Shown: positions 26,101-40,100 of the stretch, one piece after another
Layout of the letters: each line of letters starts with the position of its first letter
Position numbering within the stretch: position 1 is the first letter of the stretch
Source of the DNA: Antedon mediterranea
Taxonomy: Eukaryota > Animalia > Echinodermata
Reading direction: 5' to 3'
Assembly: GCF_964355755.1 (NCBI RefSeq)
Contig: NW_027306096.1
Location: 62,001 to 126,000 of the forward strand
DNA: 64,000 nucleotides
Position numbers and translations under genes: made by a program
The notes under the pieces: model-generated
The model's database searches: none
Seen by the model: the letters and a program-made list of their open reading frames with translations, nothing else
Told to the model about the DNA's origin: nothing

Positions 26101-28149
26101 CACAAAAAAATCTAAAACGTCTCCAAATGCGATTTAAAGCTATTTTGTGCACTTTAATATTTTGTGTGAAAAGTTTTATCGAAATGCTCAAAATGGTCTA
26201 AAACGGTTTCAAATGTGATTTTAAGCACTTTGATGTTTTTGTGTAATCAAGTTTCATCGAAATGCACAAAATGGTTTAAAACGTCTGCAAATGCGATTTG
26301 AAGCTATTTTGTGCACTTTGATGTTTTGTGTAATACAGTTTCATCGAAATGTCCAAAATTGTCTAAAACCTCTCAAAATGCGATTTGAAGCTATTTTGTG
26401 CACTTTGATTTTTTTGTGTGAAAAGTTTCATCGAAATGCACAAAATTGTCTAAAACGTCTCCAAATGCGATTTGGAGCTCTTTTGTGCACTTTGATGTTT
26501 TGTGTAAAAAGTTTTATAGAAATGCTCGAAATGGTCTAAAACGTCTTCAAATGTGATTTTAAGCACTTTAATGTTTTGTGTGAAAAGTTTTATCGAAATG
26601 CTCAAAATTGTCTAAAACGGTTTCAAATGTGATTTTAAGAACTTTGATATTTTTGTGTAATCAAGTTTTTTCAAAATGCACAACATGGTCTAAAACGTCT
26701 CCAAATGCGATTTGAAGCTATTTTGTGCACTTTGTTGTTTTTTGTGAAAAGTTTTATCGAAACGCACAAAATTGTCTAAAACGTCTCCAAATACGATATT
26801 AAGCTATTGTATGCACTTTGTAGTTTTTGTGTGAAAAGTTTCATCGAAATGCTCAAAATGGTCTAAAACGTCTCCAAGTGCGATTTGAAGCTATTTTGTG
26901 CACTTTGATGTTTTTTTGTGAAAAATTTAATCGAAATGCACAAAATGGTCTAAAACGTCTCTAAATGCGATTTGAAGCTATTTTGTGCACATTGATGTTT
27001 TTGTGTGAAAAGTTTGATCGAAATGCACAAAATGGTCTAAAACGTCTCCAAATGCGATTTGAAGCTATTTTGTGCACTTTGATGTTTTGTGTGAAAAGTT
27101 TCACCAAAATGCACAAAATGGTCTAAAACGTCTCCAAATCCGTTTTGAAGCTAATCTAAGCACTTTTATGTTTTTATGTTAACAAGTTTTTTCGAAATGC
27201 AAAAAATGGTCTAAAACGTCTCCAAATACGATTTGAAGCTCTTTTGTGCACTTTGTGATGTTTTGTGTAAAAAGTTTTATAGAAATGCACAAAATGGTCT
27301 AAAACGGTTTCAAATGTGATTTTAAGCACTTTGATATTTTTGTGTTATCAAGTTTGAATCATCGAAATGCACAAAATGGTCTAAAACGTCTGCAAATGCG
27401 ATTTGAAGCTATTTTGTGCACTTTGATGGTTTTGTGTGAAAAGTTTCATCGAAATGCACAAAATGGTCAAAAATGTCTCCAAATGATATTTGAAGCTATT
27501 TTGTGCACTTTGTTGTTTTGTGTGAAAAGTTTCATCGATATGCACAAAATGGTCTATAACGGTTTCAAATGTGATTTTAAGCACTTTGATATTTTTGTGT
27601 AATAAAGTTTTTTCAAAATGCACAAAATGGTCTAAAACGTCTCCAAATGCGATTTGAAGTTATTTTGTGCACTTTGATGTTTTGTGTGAAAAGTTTTATC
27701 GAAATGCTCAAAATGGTCTAAAACGGTTTCAAATGTGATTTTAAGCACTTTGATATTTTTGTGTAATCAAGTTTCATCTAAATGCACAAAATGGTCTAAA
27801 ACGTCTGCAAATGCGATTTGAAGCTATTTTGTGATTTTAAGAACTTTGATATCTTTGTGTAATCAAGTTTCATCGAAATGCACAAAATGGTCTAAAACGT
27901 CTCCAAATGCGATTTGAAGCTATTTTGTGCACTTTGTTGTTTTGTGTGAAAAGTTTCATCGAAATGCACAAAATGGTCTAAAACGGTTTCAAATGTGATT
28001 TTAAGCACTTTGATATTTTTGTGTAATCAAGTTTTTTCGGAAAGCAAAAAATGGTCTAAAACGTCTCCAAATGCGATTTGAAGTTATTTTGTGCACTTTG
28101 AAGTTTTGTGTAATGAAACGCACAAAATGGTCTAAAACGTCTCCAAATG

Positions 28150-31100
28150 CGATTTGAAGCTATTTTGTGCACTTTGTTGTTTTTTGTGAAAAGTTTCATC
28201 GAAATGCACAAATTGGTCTAAAACCTCTCCAAATACGATATTAAGCTATTTTGTGCACATTGATGTTTTTGTGTGAAAAGTTTCACCAAAATGCACAAAA
28301 TGGTCTAAAACGTCTCCAAATCCGTTTTGAAGCTAATCTAAGCACTTTGATGTTTTTATGTTAAAAAGTTTTTTCGAAATGCACAAAATGGTCTAAAACG
28401 TTTCCAAATACGATTTGAAGCTCTTTTGTGCACTTTGATATTTTGTGTAATAAGTTTTATAGAAACGCACAAAATGGTCTAAAACGGTTTCAAATGTGAT
28501 TTTAAGCACTTATATATTTTTGTTTAACCAAGTTTCATCGAAATGCACAAAATGGTCTAAAACGTCTCCAAATGCGATTTGAAGCTGTTTTTGTGTGAAA
28601 AGTTTTTTCGAAATACACAAAATGGTCTAAAACGTGCACTTTTGTGCACTTTGATGTTTTGTGTCAAAAGTTTTATAGAAATGCTCGAAATGGTCTAAAA
28701 CGGTTTCAAATGTGATTTTAAGCACTTTGATGTTTTTGTGTAATCAAGTTTATAGAAATGCTCGAAATGGTCTAAAACATCTTCAAATGTGATTTTAAGC
28801 ACTTTAATGTTTTGTGTGAAAAGTTTTATCGAAATGCTCAAAATGGTTTAAAACGGTTTCAAATGTGATTTTAAGCACTTTGATATTTTTGTGTAATCAA
28901 GTTTTTTCGAAATGCACAACATGGTCTAAAACGTCTCAAAATACGATATTAAGCTATTGTATGCACTTTGATGTTTTTCTGTGAAAAGTTTTTTCGAAAT
29001 GCACAAAATGGTCTAAAACGTCTGAAAAAGCGATTTGGAGCTCTTTTGTGCACTTTGATGTTTTGTGTAAAAAGTTTTATAGAAATGCTCGAAATGTTCT
29101 ACAACGGTTTCAAATGTGATTTTAAGCACTTTGATATTTTTGTTTAACCAAGGTTCATCGAAATGCACAAAATGGTCTAAAACGTCTGCAAATGCGAATT
29201 GAAGCTATTTTGTGCACTTTGATGTTTTGTGTAATCCAGTTTCATCGAAATGAACAAAATTGTCTAAAACCTCAAAAATGCGATTTCAAGCTATTTTGTG
29301 CACTTTGATGATTTTGTGTGAAAAGTTTTTTCGAAATGCACAAAATGGTCTAAAACGTCTCCAAATGCGATTTGGAGCTCTTTTGTGCACTTTGATGTTT
29401 TGTGTAAAAAGTTTTATAGAAATGCTCGAAATGGTCTAAAACGTTTTCAAATGTGATTTTAAGCACTTTAATGTTTTGTGTGAAAAGTTTTATCGAAATG
29501 CTCAAAATGGTCTAAAACGGTTTCAAATGTGATTTTAAGCATTTTGATATTTTTGTGTAATCAAGTTTTTTTCGAAATGCACAACATGGTCTAAAACGTC
29601 TCCAAATGCGATTTGAAGCTATTTTGTGCACTTTGATGTTTTGTGTAATGAAACGCACAAAATGGTCTAAAACGTCTCCAAATGCGATTTGAAGTTATTT
29701 TGTGCACTTTGATGTTTTGTGTGAAAAGTTTTATCGAAATGCTCAAAATGGTCTAAAACGGTTTCAAATGTGATTTTAAGCACTTTGATATTTTTGTGTA
29801 ATCAAGTTTTTTCGAAATGCACAACATGGTCTAAAACGTCTCCAAATGCGATTTGAAGCTATTTTGTGCACTTTGATGGTTTTGTGTAAAAAGTTTCATC
29901 GAAATGCACAAAATGGTCAAAAACGTCCCCAAATGCGATTTGAAGCTATTTTGTGCACTTTGTTGTTTTGTGTGAAAAGTTTCATCGAAACGCACAAAAT
30001 GGTCTAAAACAGTTTCAAATGTGATTTTAAGCACTTTGATATTTTTGTGTAATCAAGTTTTTTCGGAATCCACAAAATGGTCTAAAACGTCACCAAATGC
30101 GATTTGAAGTTATTTTGTGCACTTTGAAGTTTTGTGTAATGAAACGCACAAAATGGTCTAAAACGTCTCCAAATGCGATTTGAAGCTATTTGTGCACTTT
30201 GTTGTTTTGTGTGAAAAGTTTCATCGAAATGCACAAATTGGTCTAAAACGTCTCCAAATACGATATTAAGCTATTGTATGCACTTTGTTGTTTTTGTGTG
30301 AAAAGTTTTTTCGAATTACACAAAATTGTCTAAAACGGCTCCAAATGCGATTTGGAGCTCTTTTGTGCACTTTGATGTTTTGTGTCAAAAGTTTTATAGA
30401 AATGCTCGAAATGGTCTAAAACGGTTTCAAATGTGATTTTAAGCACTTTCATGTTTTTGTGTAGCCAAGTTTCATCGAAATGCACAAAAAAATCTAAAAC
30501 GTCTCCAAATGCGATTTAAAGCTATTTTGTCCACTTTAATGTTTTGTGTGAAAAGTTTTATCGAAATTCTCAAAATGGTCTAAAACGGTTTCAAATGTGA
30601 TTTTAAGTACTTTGATGTTTTTGTGTAATCAAGTTTCATCGAAATGCACAAAATGGTTTAAAACGTCTGCAAATGCGATTTGAAGCTATTTTGTGCACTT
30701 TGATGTTTTGTGTAATCCAGTTTCATCGAAATGTACAAAATTGTCTAAAACCTCTAAAAATGCGATTTGAAGCTATTTTGTGCACTTTGATGTTTTTGTG
30801 TGAAAAGTTTCATCGAAATGCACAAAATTGTCTAAAACGTCTCCAAATACGATATTAAGCTATTGTATGCACTTTGATGTTTTTGAGTGAAAAGTTTTTT
30901 CGAAATGCACAAAATGGTCTAAAACGTCTCCAAATGCGATTTGGAGCTCTTTTGTGCACTTTGATGTTTTGTGTAAAAAGTTTGCTATTTTGTGCACTTT
31001 AATGTTTTGTGTGAAAAGTTTTATCGAAATGCTCAAAATTGTCTAAAACGGTTTCAAATGTGATTTTAAGCACTTTGATATTTTTGTGTAATCAAGTTTT

Positions 31101-34100
31101 TTCGAAATGCACAACATGATCTAAAACGTCTCCAAATGCGATTTGAAGCTATTTTGTGCACTTTGATGTTTTTGTGTGAAAAGTTTCATCGAAATGCACA
31201 AAATGGTCTAAAACGTCTCTAAATGCGATTTGAAGCTATTTTGTGCACTTTGTCGTTTTTGTGTGAAAAGTTTCATCGAAATGCTCAAAATGGTCTAAAA
31301 CGTCTCCAAATGCGATTTGAAGCTATTTTGTGCACTTTGAAGTTTTTTTGTGAAAAGTTTCATCGAAATGCACAAAATGGTCTAAAACGTCTCTAAATGC
31401 GATTTGAAGCTATTTTGTGCACTTTGATGTTTTTGTGTGAAAAGTTTCATCGAAATGCACAAAATGGTCTAAAACGTCTCTAAATGCGATTTGAAGCTAT
31501 TTTGTGCACTTTGATGTTTTTTTGTGAAAAGTTTCATCGAAATGCACAAAATGGTCTAAAACGTCTCTAAATGCGATTTGAAGCTATTTTGTGCACTTTG
31601 TCGTTTTTGTGTGAAATGTTTCATCGAAATGCTCAAAATGGTCTAAAACGTCTCCAAATGCGATTTGAAGCTATTTTGTGCACTTTGATGTTTTTGTGTG
31701 AAAAGTTTCATCGAAATGCACAAAATGGTCTAAAACGGTTTCAAATGTGATTTTAAGCACTTTGATATTTTTGTGTAATCAAGTTTTTTCGAAATGCACA
31801 AAATGGTCTAAAACGTCTCCAAATGCGATTTAAAGCTATTTTGTGCACTTTAATGTTTTGTGTGAAAAGTTTTATCGAAATTCTCAAAATGGTCTAAAAC
31901 GGTTTCAAATGTGATTTTAAGCACTTTGATGTTTTTGTGTAATCAAGTTTCATCGAATTCATCAAATTCGATTTGAAGCTATTTTGTGCACTTTGATGTT
32001 TTGTGTAATCCAGTTTCATCGAAATGTAAAAAATTGTCTATAACGTCTCTAAATGCGATTTGAAACTATTTTGTGGACTTTGTCGTTTTTGTGTGAAAAG
32101 TTTCATCGAAATGCTCAAAATGATCTAAAACGTCTCCAAATGCGATTTGAAGCTATTTTGTGCACTTTGATGTTTTTGTGTGAAAAGTTTCATCGAAATG
32201 CACAAAATGGTCTAAAACGGTTTCAAATGTGATTTTAAGCACTTTGATATTTTTGTGTAATCAAGTTTTTTCGAAATGCACAAAATGGTCTAAAACGTCT
32301 CCAAATGCGATTTGAAGTTATTTTGTGCACTTTGATGTTTTGTGTGAAAAGTTTCATCGAAATGCTCAAAATGGTCTAAAACGGTTTCAAATGTGATTTT
32401 AAGCACTTTGATATTTTTGTGTAATCAAGTTTCATCGAAATGCACAAAATGGTCTAAAACGTCTGCAAATGCGATTTGAAGCTATTTTGTGCACTTTGAT
32501 GGTTTGTGTGAAAAGTTTCATCGAAATGCACAAAATGGTCAAAAATGTCTCCAAATGCGATTTGAAGCTATTTTGTGGACTTTGTGGTTTTGTGTGAAAA
32601 GTTTTATCGAAATGCACAAAATAGTCTAAAACGGTTTCAAATGTGATTTTAAGCACTTTGATATTTTTGTTTAACCAAGTTTCATCGAAATGCACAAAAT
32701 GGTCTAAAACGTCTCCAAATGCGATTTGAAGTTATTTTGTGCACTTTGATGTTTTGTGTGAAAAGTTTTATCGAAATGCTCAAAATGGTCTAAAACGGTT
32801 TCAAATGTGATTTTAAGCGCTTTGATATTTTTGTGTAATCAAGTTTTTTCGAAATGCACAACATGGTCTAAAACGTCTCCAAATGCGATTTGAAGCTATA
32901 TTGTGCACTTTGATGTTTTGTGTAATGAAACGCACAAAATGGTCTAAAACGCCTGTTTTCTGTGAAAATTTTCATCGAAATGCAAAAAATTGTCTAAAAC
33001 GTCTCCAAATGCGATTTGAAGCTATTTTGTGCACTTTGTTGTTTTGTGTGAAAAGTTTCATCGAAATGCACAAATTGGTCTAAAACCTCTCCAAATACGA
33101 TATTAAGCTATTTTGTGCACATTGATGTTTTTGTGTGAAAAGTTTCACCAAAATGCACAAAATGGTCTAAAACGTCTCCAAATCCGTTTTGAAGCTAATC
33201 TAAGCACTTTGATGTTTTTATGTTAAAAAGTTTTTTCGAAATGCACAAAATGGTCTAAAACGTTTCCAAATACGATTTGAAGCTCTTTTGTGCACTTTGA
33301 TATTTTGTGTAATAAGTTTTATAGAAACGCACAAAATGGTCTAAAACGGTTTCAAATGTGATTTTAAGCACTTATATATTTTTGTTTAACCAAGTTTCAT
33401 CGAAATGCACAAAATGGTCTAAAACGTCTCCAAATGCGATTTGAAGCTGTTTTTGTGTGAAAAGTTTTTTCGAAATACACAAAATGGTCTAAAACGTGCA
33501 CTTTTGTGCACTTTGATGTTTTGTGTCAAAAGTTTTATAGAAATGCTCGAAATGGTCTAAAACGTTTTCAAATGTGATTTTAAGCACTTTAATGTTTTGT
33601 GTGAAAAGTTTTATCGAAATGCTCAAAATGGTCTAAAACGGTTTCAAATGTGATTTTAAGCATTTTGATATTTTTGTGTAATCAAGTTTTTTTCGAAATG
33701 CACAACATGGTCTAAAACGTCTCCAAATGCGATTTGAAGCTATTTTGTGCACTTTGATGTTTTGTGTAATGAAACGCACAAAATGGTCTAAAACGTCTCC
33801 AAATGCGATTTGAAGTTATTTTGTGCACTTTGATGTTTTGTGTGAAAAGTTTTATCGAAATGCTCAAAATGGTCTAAAACGGTTTCAAATGTGATTTTAA
33901 GCACTTTGATATTTTTGTGTAATCAAGTTTTTTCGAAATGCACAACATGGTCTAAAACGTCTCCAAATGCGATTTGAAGCTATTTTGTGCACTTTGATGG
34001 TTTTGTGTAAAAAGTTTCATCGAAATGCACAAAATGGTCAAAAACGTCCCCAAATGCGATTTGAAGCTATTTTGTGCACTTTGTTGTTTTGTGTGAAAAG

Positions 34101-37100
34101 TTTCATCGAAACGCACAAAATGGTCTAAAACAGTTTCAAATGTGATTTTAAGCACTTTGATATTTTTGTGTAATCAAGTTTTTTCGGAATCCACAAAATG
34201 GTCTAAAACGTCTCCAAATGCGATTTGAAGTTATTTTGTGCACTTTGAAGTTTTGTGTAATGAAACGCACAAAATGGTCTAAAACGTCTCCAAATGCGAT
34301 TTGAAGCTATTTGTGCACTTTGTTGTTTTGTGTGAAAAGTTTCATCGAAATGCACAAATTGGTCTAAAACGTCTCCAAATACGATATTAAGCTATTGTAT
34401 GCACTTTGTTGTTTTTGTGTGAAAAGTTTTTTCGAATTACACAAAATTGTCTAAAACGGCTCCAAATGCGATTTGGAGCTCTTTTGTGCACTTTGATGTT
34501 TTGTGTCAAAAGTTTTATAGAAATGCTCGAAATGGTCTAAAACGGTTTCAAATGTGATTTTAAGCACTTTCATGTTTTTGTGTAGCCAAGTTTCATCGAA
34601 ATGCACAAAAAAATCTAAAACGTCTCCAAATGCGATTTAAAGCTATTTTGTGCACTTTAATGTTTTGTGTGAAAAGTTTTATCGAAATTCTCAAAATGGT
34701 CTAAAACGGTTTCAAATGTGATTTTAAGTACTTTGATGTTTTTGTGTAATCAAGTTTCATCGAAATGCACAAAATGGTTTAAAACGTCTGCAAATGCGAT
34801 TTGAAGCTATTTTGTGCACTTTGATGTTTTGTGTAATCCAGTTTCATCGAAATGTACAAAATTGTCTAAAACCTCTAAAAATGCGATTTGAAGCTATTTT
34901 GTGCACTTTGATGTTTTTGTGTGAAAAGTTTCATCGAAATGCACAAAATTGTCTAAAACGTCTCCAAATACGATATTAAGCTATTGTATGCACTTTGATG
35001 TTTTTGAGTGAAAAGTTTTTTCGAAATGCACAAAATGGTCTAAAACGTCTCCAAATGCGATTTGGAGCTCTTTTGTGCACTTTGATGTTTTGTGTAAAAA
35101 GTTTGCTATTTTGTGCACTTTAATGTTTTGTGTGAAAAGTTTTATCGAAATGCTCAAAATTGTCTAAAACGGTTTCAAATGTGATTTTAAGCACTTTGAT
35201 ATTTTTGTGTAATCAAGTTTTTTCGAAATGCACAACATGATCTAAAACGTCTCCAAATGCGATTTGAAGCTATTTTGTGCACTTTGATGTTTTTGTGTGA
35301 AAAGTTTCATCGAAATGCACAAAATGGTCTAAAACGTCTCTAAATGCGATTTGAAGCTATTTTGTGCACTTTGTCGTTTTTGTGTGAAAAGTTTCATCGA
35401 AATGCTCAAAATGGTCTAAAACGTCTCCAAATGCGATTTGAAGCTATTTTGTGCACTTTGATGTTTTTTTGTGAAAAGTTTCATCGAAATGCACAAAATG
35501 GTCTAAAACGTCTCTAAATGCGATTTGAAGCTATTTTGTGCACTTTGATGTTTTTGTGTGAAAAGTTTCATCGAAATGCACAAAATGGTCTAAAACGTCT
35601 CTAAATGCGATTTGAAGCTATTTTGTGCACTTTGATGTTTTTTTGTGAAAAGTTTCATCGAAATGCACAAAATGGTCTAAAACGTCTCTAAATGCGATTT
35701 GAAGCTATTTTGTGCACTTTGTCGTTTTTGTGTGAAATGTTTCATCGAAATGCTCAAAATGGTCTAAAACGTCTCCAAATGCGATTTGAAGCTATTTTGT
35801 GCACTTTGATGTTTTTGTGTGAAAAGTTTCATCGAAATGCACAAAATGGTCTAAAACGGTTTCAAATGTGATTTTAAGCACTTTGATATTTTTGTGTAAT
35901 CAAGTTTTTTCGAAATGCACAAAATGGTCTAAAACGTCTCCAAATGCGATTTAAAGCTATTTTGTGCACTTTAATGTTTTGTGTGAAAAGTTTTATCGAA
36001 TTTCTCAAAATGGTCTAAAACGGTTTCAAATGTGATTTTAAGCACTTTGATGTTTTTGTGTAATCAAGTTTCATCGAATTCATCAAATTCGATTTGAAGC
36101 TATTTTGTGCACTTTGATGTTTTGTGTAATCCAGTTTCATCGAAATGTAAAAAATTGTCTATAACGTCTCTAAATGCGATTTGAAACTATTTTGTGGACT
36201 TTGTCGTTTTTGTGTGAAAAGTTTCATCGAAATGCTCAAAATGATCTAAAACGTCTCCAAATGCGATTTGAAGCTATTTTGTGCACTTTGATGTTTTTGT
36301 GTGAAAAGTTTCATCGAAATGCACAAAATGGTCTAAAACGGTTTCAAATGTGATTTTAAGCACTTTGATATTTTTGTGTAATCAAGTTTTTTCGAAATGC
36401 ACAAAATGGTCTAAAACGTCTCCAAATGCGATTTGAAGTTATTTTGTGCACTTTGATGTTTTGTGTGAAAAGTTTCATCGAAATGCTCAAAATGGTCTAA
36501 AACGGTTTCAAATGTGATTTTAAGCACTTTGATATTTTTGTGTAATCAAGTTTCATCGAAATGCACAAAATGGTCTAAAACGTCTGCAAATGCGATTTGA
36601 AGCTATTTTGTGCACTTTGATGGTTTGTGTGAAAAGTTTCATCGAAATGCACAAAATGGTCAAAAATGTCTCCAAATGCGATTTGAAGCTATTTTGTGGA
36701 CTTTGTGGTTTTGTGTGAAAAGTTTTATCGAAATGCACAAAATAGTCTAAAACGGTTTCAAATGTGATTTTAAGCACTTTGATATTTTTGTTTAACCAAG
36801 TTTCATCGAAATGCACAAAATGGTCTAAAACGTCTCCAAATGCGATTTGAAGTTATTTTGTGCACTTTGATGTTTTGTGTGAAAAGTTTTATCGAAATGC
36901 TCAAAATGGTCTAAAACGGTTTCAAATGTGATTTTAAGCGCTTTGATATTTTTGTGTAATCAAGTTTTTTCGAAATGCACAACATGGTCTAAAACGTCTC
37001 CAAATGCGATTTGAAGCTATATTGTGCACTTTGATGTTTTGTGTAATGAAACGCACAAAATGGTCTAAAACGCCTGTTTTCTGTGAAAATTTTCATCGAA

Positions 37101-40100
37101 ATGCAAAAAAATTGTCTAAAACGTCTCCAAATGCGATTTGAAGCTATTTTGTGCACTTTGTTGTTTTGTGTGAAAAGTTTCATCGAAATGCACAAAATTG
37201 TCTAAAACGTCTCCAAATACGATTTGAAGCTATTTTGTGCACTTTGATGTTTTTGTGTGAAAAGTTTTTTCGAAATACACAAAATGGTCTAAAACGTCTC
37301 CAAATGCGATTTGAAGCTATTTTGGGCACTTTGATGTTTTTTTCTGAAAAGTTTCATCGAAATGCACAAAATGGTCTAAAACGTCTCCAAATGCGATTTA
37401 AAGCTATTTTGTGCACTTTAATGTTTTGTGTGAAAAGTTTTATCGAAATTCTCAAAATGGTCTAAAACGGTTTCAAATGTGATTTTAAGCACTTTGATGT
37501 TTTTGTGTAATCAAGTTTCATCAAAATGCACAAAATGGTTTAAAACGTCTGCAAATGCGATTTGAACCTATTTTGTGCACTTTGATGTTTTGTGTAATCC
37601 AGTTTCATCGAAATGTACAAAATTGTCTAAAACCTCTCAAAATGCGATTTGAAGCTATTTTGTGCACTTTGATGTTTTTGTGTGAAAAGTTTCATCGAAA
37701 TTCACAAAATTGTCTAAAACGTCTCCAAATACGATATTAAGCTATTGTATGCACTTTGATGTTTTTGAGTGAAAAGTTTTTTCGAAATGCACAAAATGGT
37801 CTAAAACGTCACCAAATGCGATTTGGAGCTCTTTTGTGCACTTTGATGTTTTGTGTAAAAAGTTTGCTATTTTGTGCACTTTAATGTTTTGTGTAAAAAG
37901 TTTTATCGAAATGCTCAAAATTGTCTAAAACGGTTTCAAATGTGATTTTAAGCACTTTGATATTTTTGTGTAATCAAGTTTTTTCGAAATGCACAACATG
38001 GTCTAAAACGTCTCCAAATGCGATTTGAAGCTATTTTGTGCACTTTGATGGTTTTGTGTAAAAAGTTTCATCGAAATTCACAAAATGGTCAAAAACGTCT
38101 CCAAATGCGATTTGAAACTATTTTGTGCACTTTGTTGTTTTGTGTGAAAAGTTTCATCGAAATGCACAAAATGGTCTAAAACGGTTTCAAATGTGATTTT
38201 AAGCACTTTGGTATTTTTGTGTAATCAAGTTTTTTTCGGAATCCACAAAATGGTCTAAAACGTCTCCAAATGCGATTTGAAGTTATTTTGTGCACTTTGA
38301 AGTTTTGTGTAATGAAACGCACAAAATGGTCTAAAACGTCTCCAAATGCGATTTGAAGCTATTTTGTGCACTTTGTTGTTTTGTGTGAAAAGTTTCATCG
38401 AAATGCACAAATTGGTCTAAAACGTCTCCAAATACGATATTAAGCTATTGTATGCACTTTGTTGTTTTTGTGTGAAAAGTTTTTTCGAATTACACAAAAT
38501 GGTCTAAAACGTCTCCAAATGCGATTTGGAGCTCTTTTGTGCACTTTGATGTTTTGTGTCAAAAGTTTTATAGAAATGCTCGAAATGGTCTAAAACGGTT
38601 TCAAATGTGATTTTAAGCACTTTGATGTTTTTGTGTAACCAAGTTTCATCGAAATGCACAAAAAAATCTAAAACGTCTCCAAATGCGATTTAGAGCTATT
38701 TTGTGCACTTTAATGTTTTGTGTGAAAAGTGTTATCGAAATGCACAAAATGGTCTAAAACGGTTTCAAATGTGATTTGAAGCTATTTTGTGCACTTTGTG
38801 GTTTTGTGTGAAAGTTTTATCGAAATGCACAAAATAGTCTAAAACGGCTTCAAATGTGATTTTAAGCACATTGATATTTTTGTGTAATCAAGTTTCATCG
38901 AAATGCACAAAATGGTCTAAAACGTCTGCAAATGCGATTTGAAGCTATTTTGTGATTTTAAGAACTTTGATATTTTTGTGTAATCAAGTTTCATCGAAAT
39001 GCACAAAATTGTCTAAAACGTCTGCAAATGCGATTTGAAGCTATTTGTGCACTTTGATGGTTTTGTGTAAAAAGTTTCATCGAAATGCACAAAATGGTCA
39101 AAAACGTCTCCAAATGCGATTTGAAGCTATTCTGTGCACTTTGTTGTTTTGTGGGAAAAGTTTCATCGAAATGCACAAAATGGTCTAAAACGGTTTCAAA
39201 TGTGATTTTAAGCACTTTGATATTTTTGTGTAATCAAGTTTTTTCAAAATGCACAACATGGTCTAAAACGTCTCCAAATGCGATTTGAAGCTATTTTGTG
39301 CACTTTGTAGTTTTTTGTGAAAAGTTTCATCGAAACGCACAAAATTGTCTAAAACGTCTCCAAATACGATATTAAGCTATTGTATGCACTTTGTTGTTTT
39401 TGTGTGAAAAGTTTCATCGAAATGCTCAAAATGGTCTAAAACGTCTCCAAGTGCGATTTGAAGCTATTTTGTGCACTTTGATGTTTTTTTTGTGAAAAGT
39501 TTAATCGAAATGCACAAAATGGTCTAAAACGTCTCTAAATGCGATTTGAAGCTATTTTGTGCACATTGATGTTTTTGTGTGAAAAGTTTGATCGAAATGC
39601 ACTATTTTGTGCACATTGATGTTTTTGTGTGAAAAGTTTGATCGAAATGCACAAAATGGTCTAAAACGTCTCCAAATGCGATTTGAAGCTATTTTGTGCA
39701 CTTTGATGTTTTGTGTGAAAAGTTTCACCAAAATGCACAAAATGGTCTAAAACGTTTCCAAATGCGATTTGGAGCTCTTTTGTGCACTTTGATGTTTTGT
39801 GTAAAAAGTTTGCTATTTTGTGCACTTTAATGTTTTGTGTGAAAAGTTTTATCGAAATGCTCAAAATTGTCTAAAACGGTTTCAAATGTGATTTTAAGCA
39901 CTTTGATATTTTTGTGTAAAAAAGTTTCATCGAAATGCACAAAATGGTCTAAAACGTATCTAAATGCGATTTGAAGCTATTTTGTGCACTTTGATGGTTT
40001 GTGTGAAAAGTTTCATCGAAATGCTCAAAATGGTCTAAAACGTCTCCAAATGCGATTTGAAGCTATTTTGTGCACTTTGATGTTTTTTTGTGGAAAGTTT

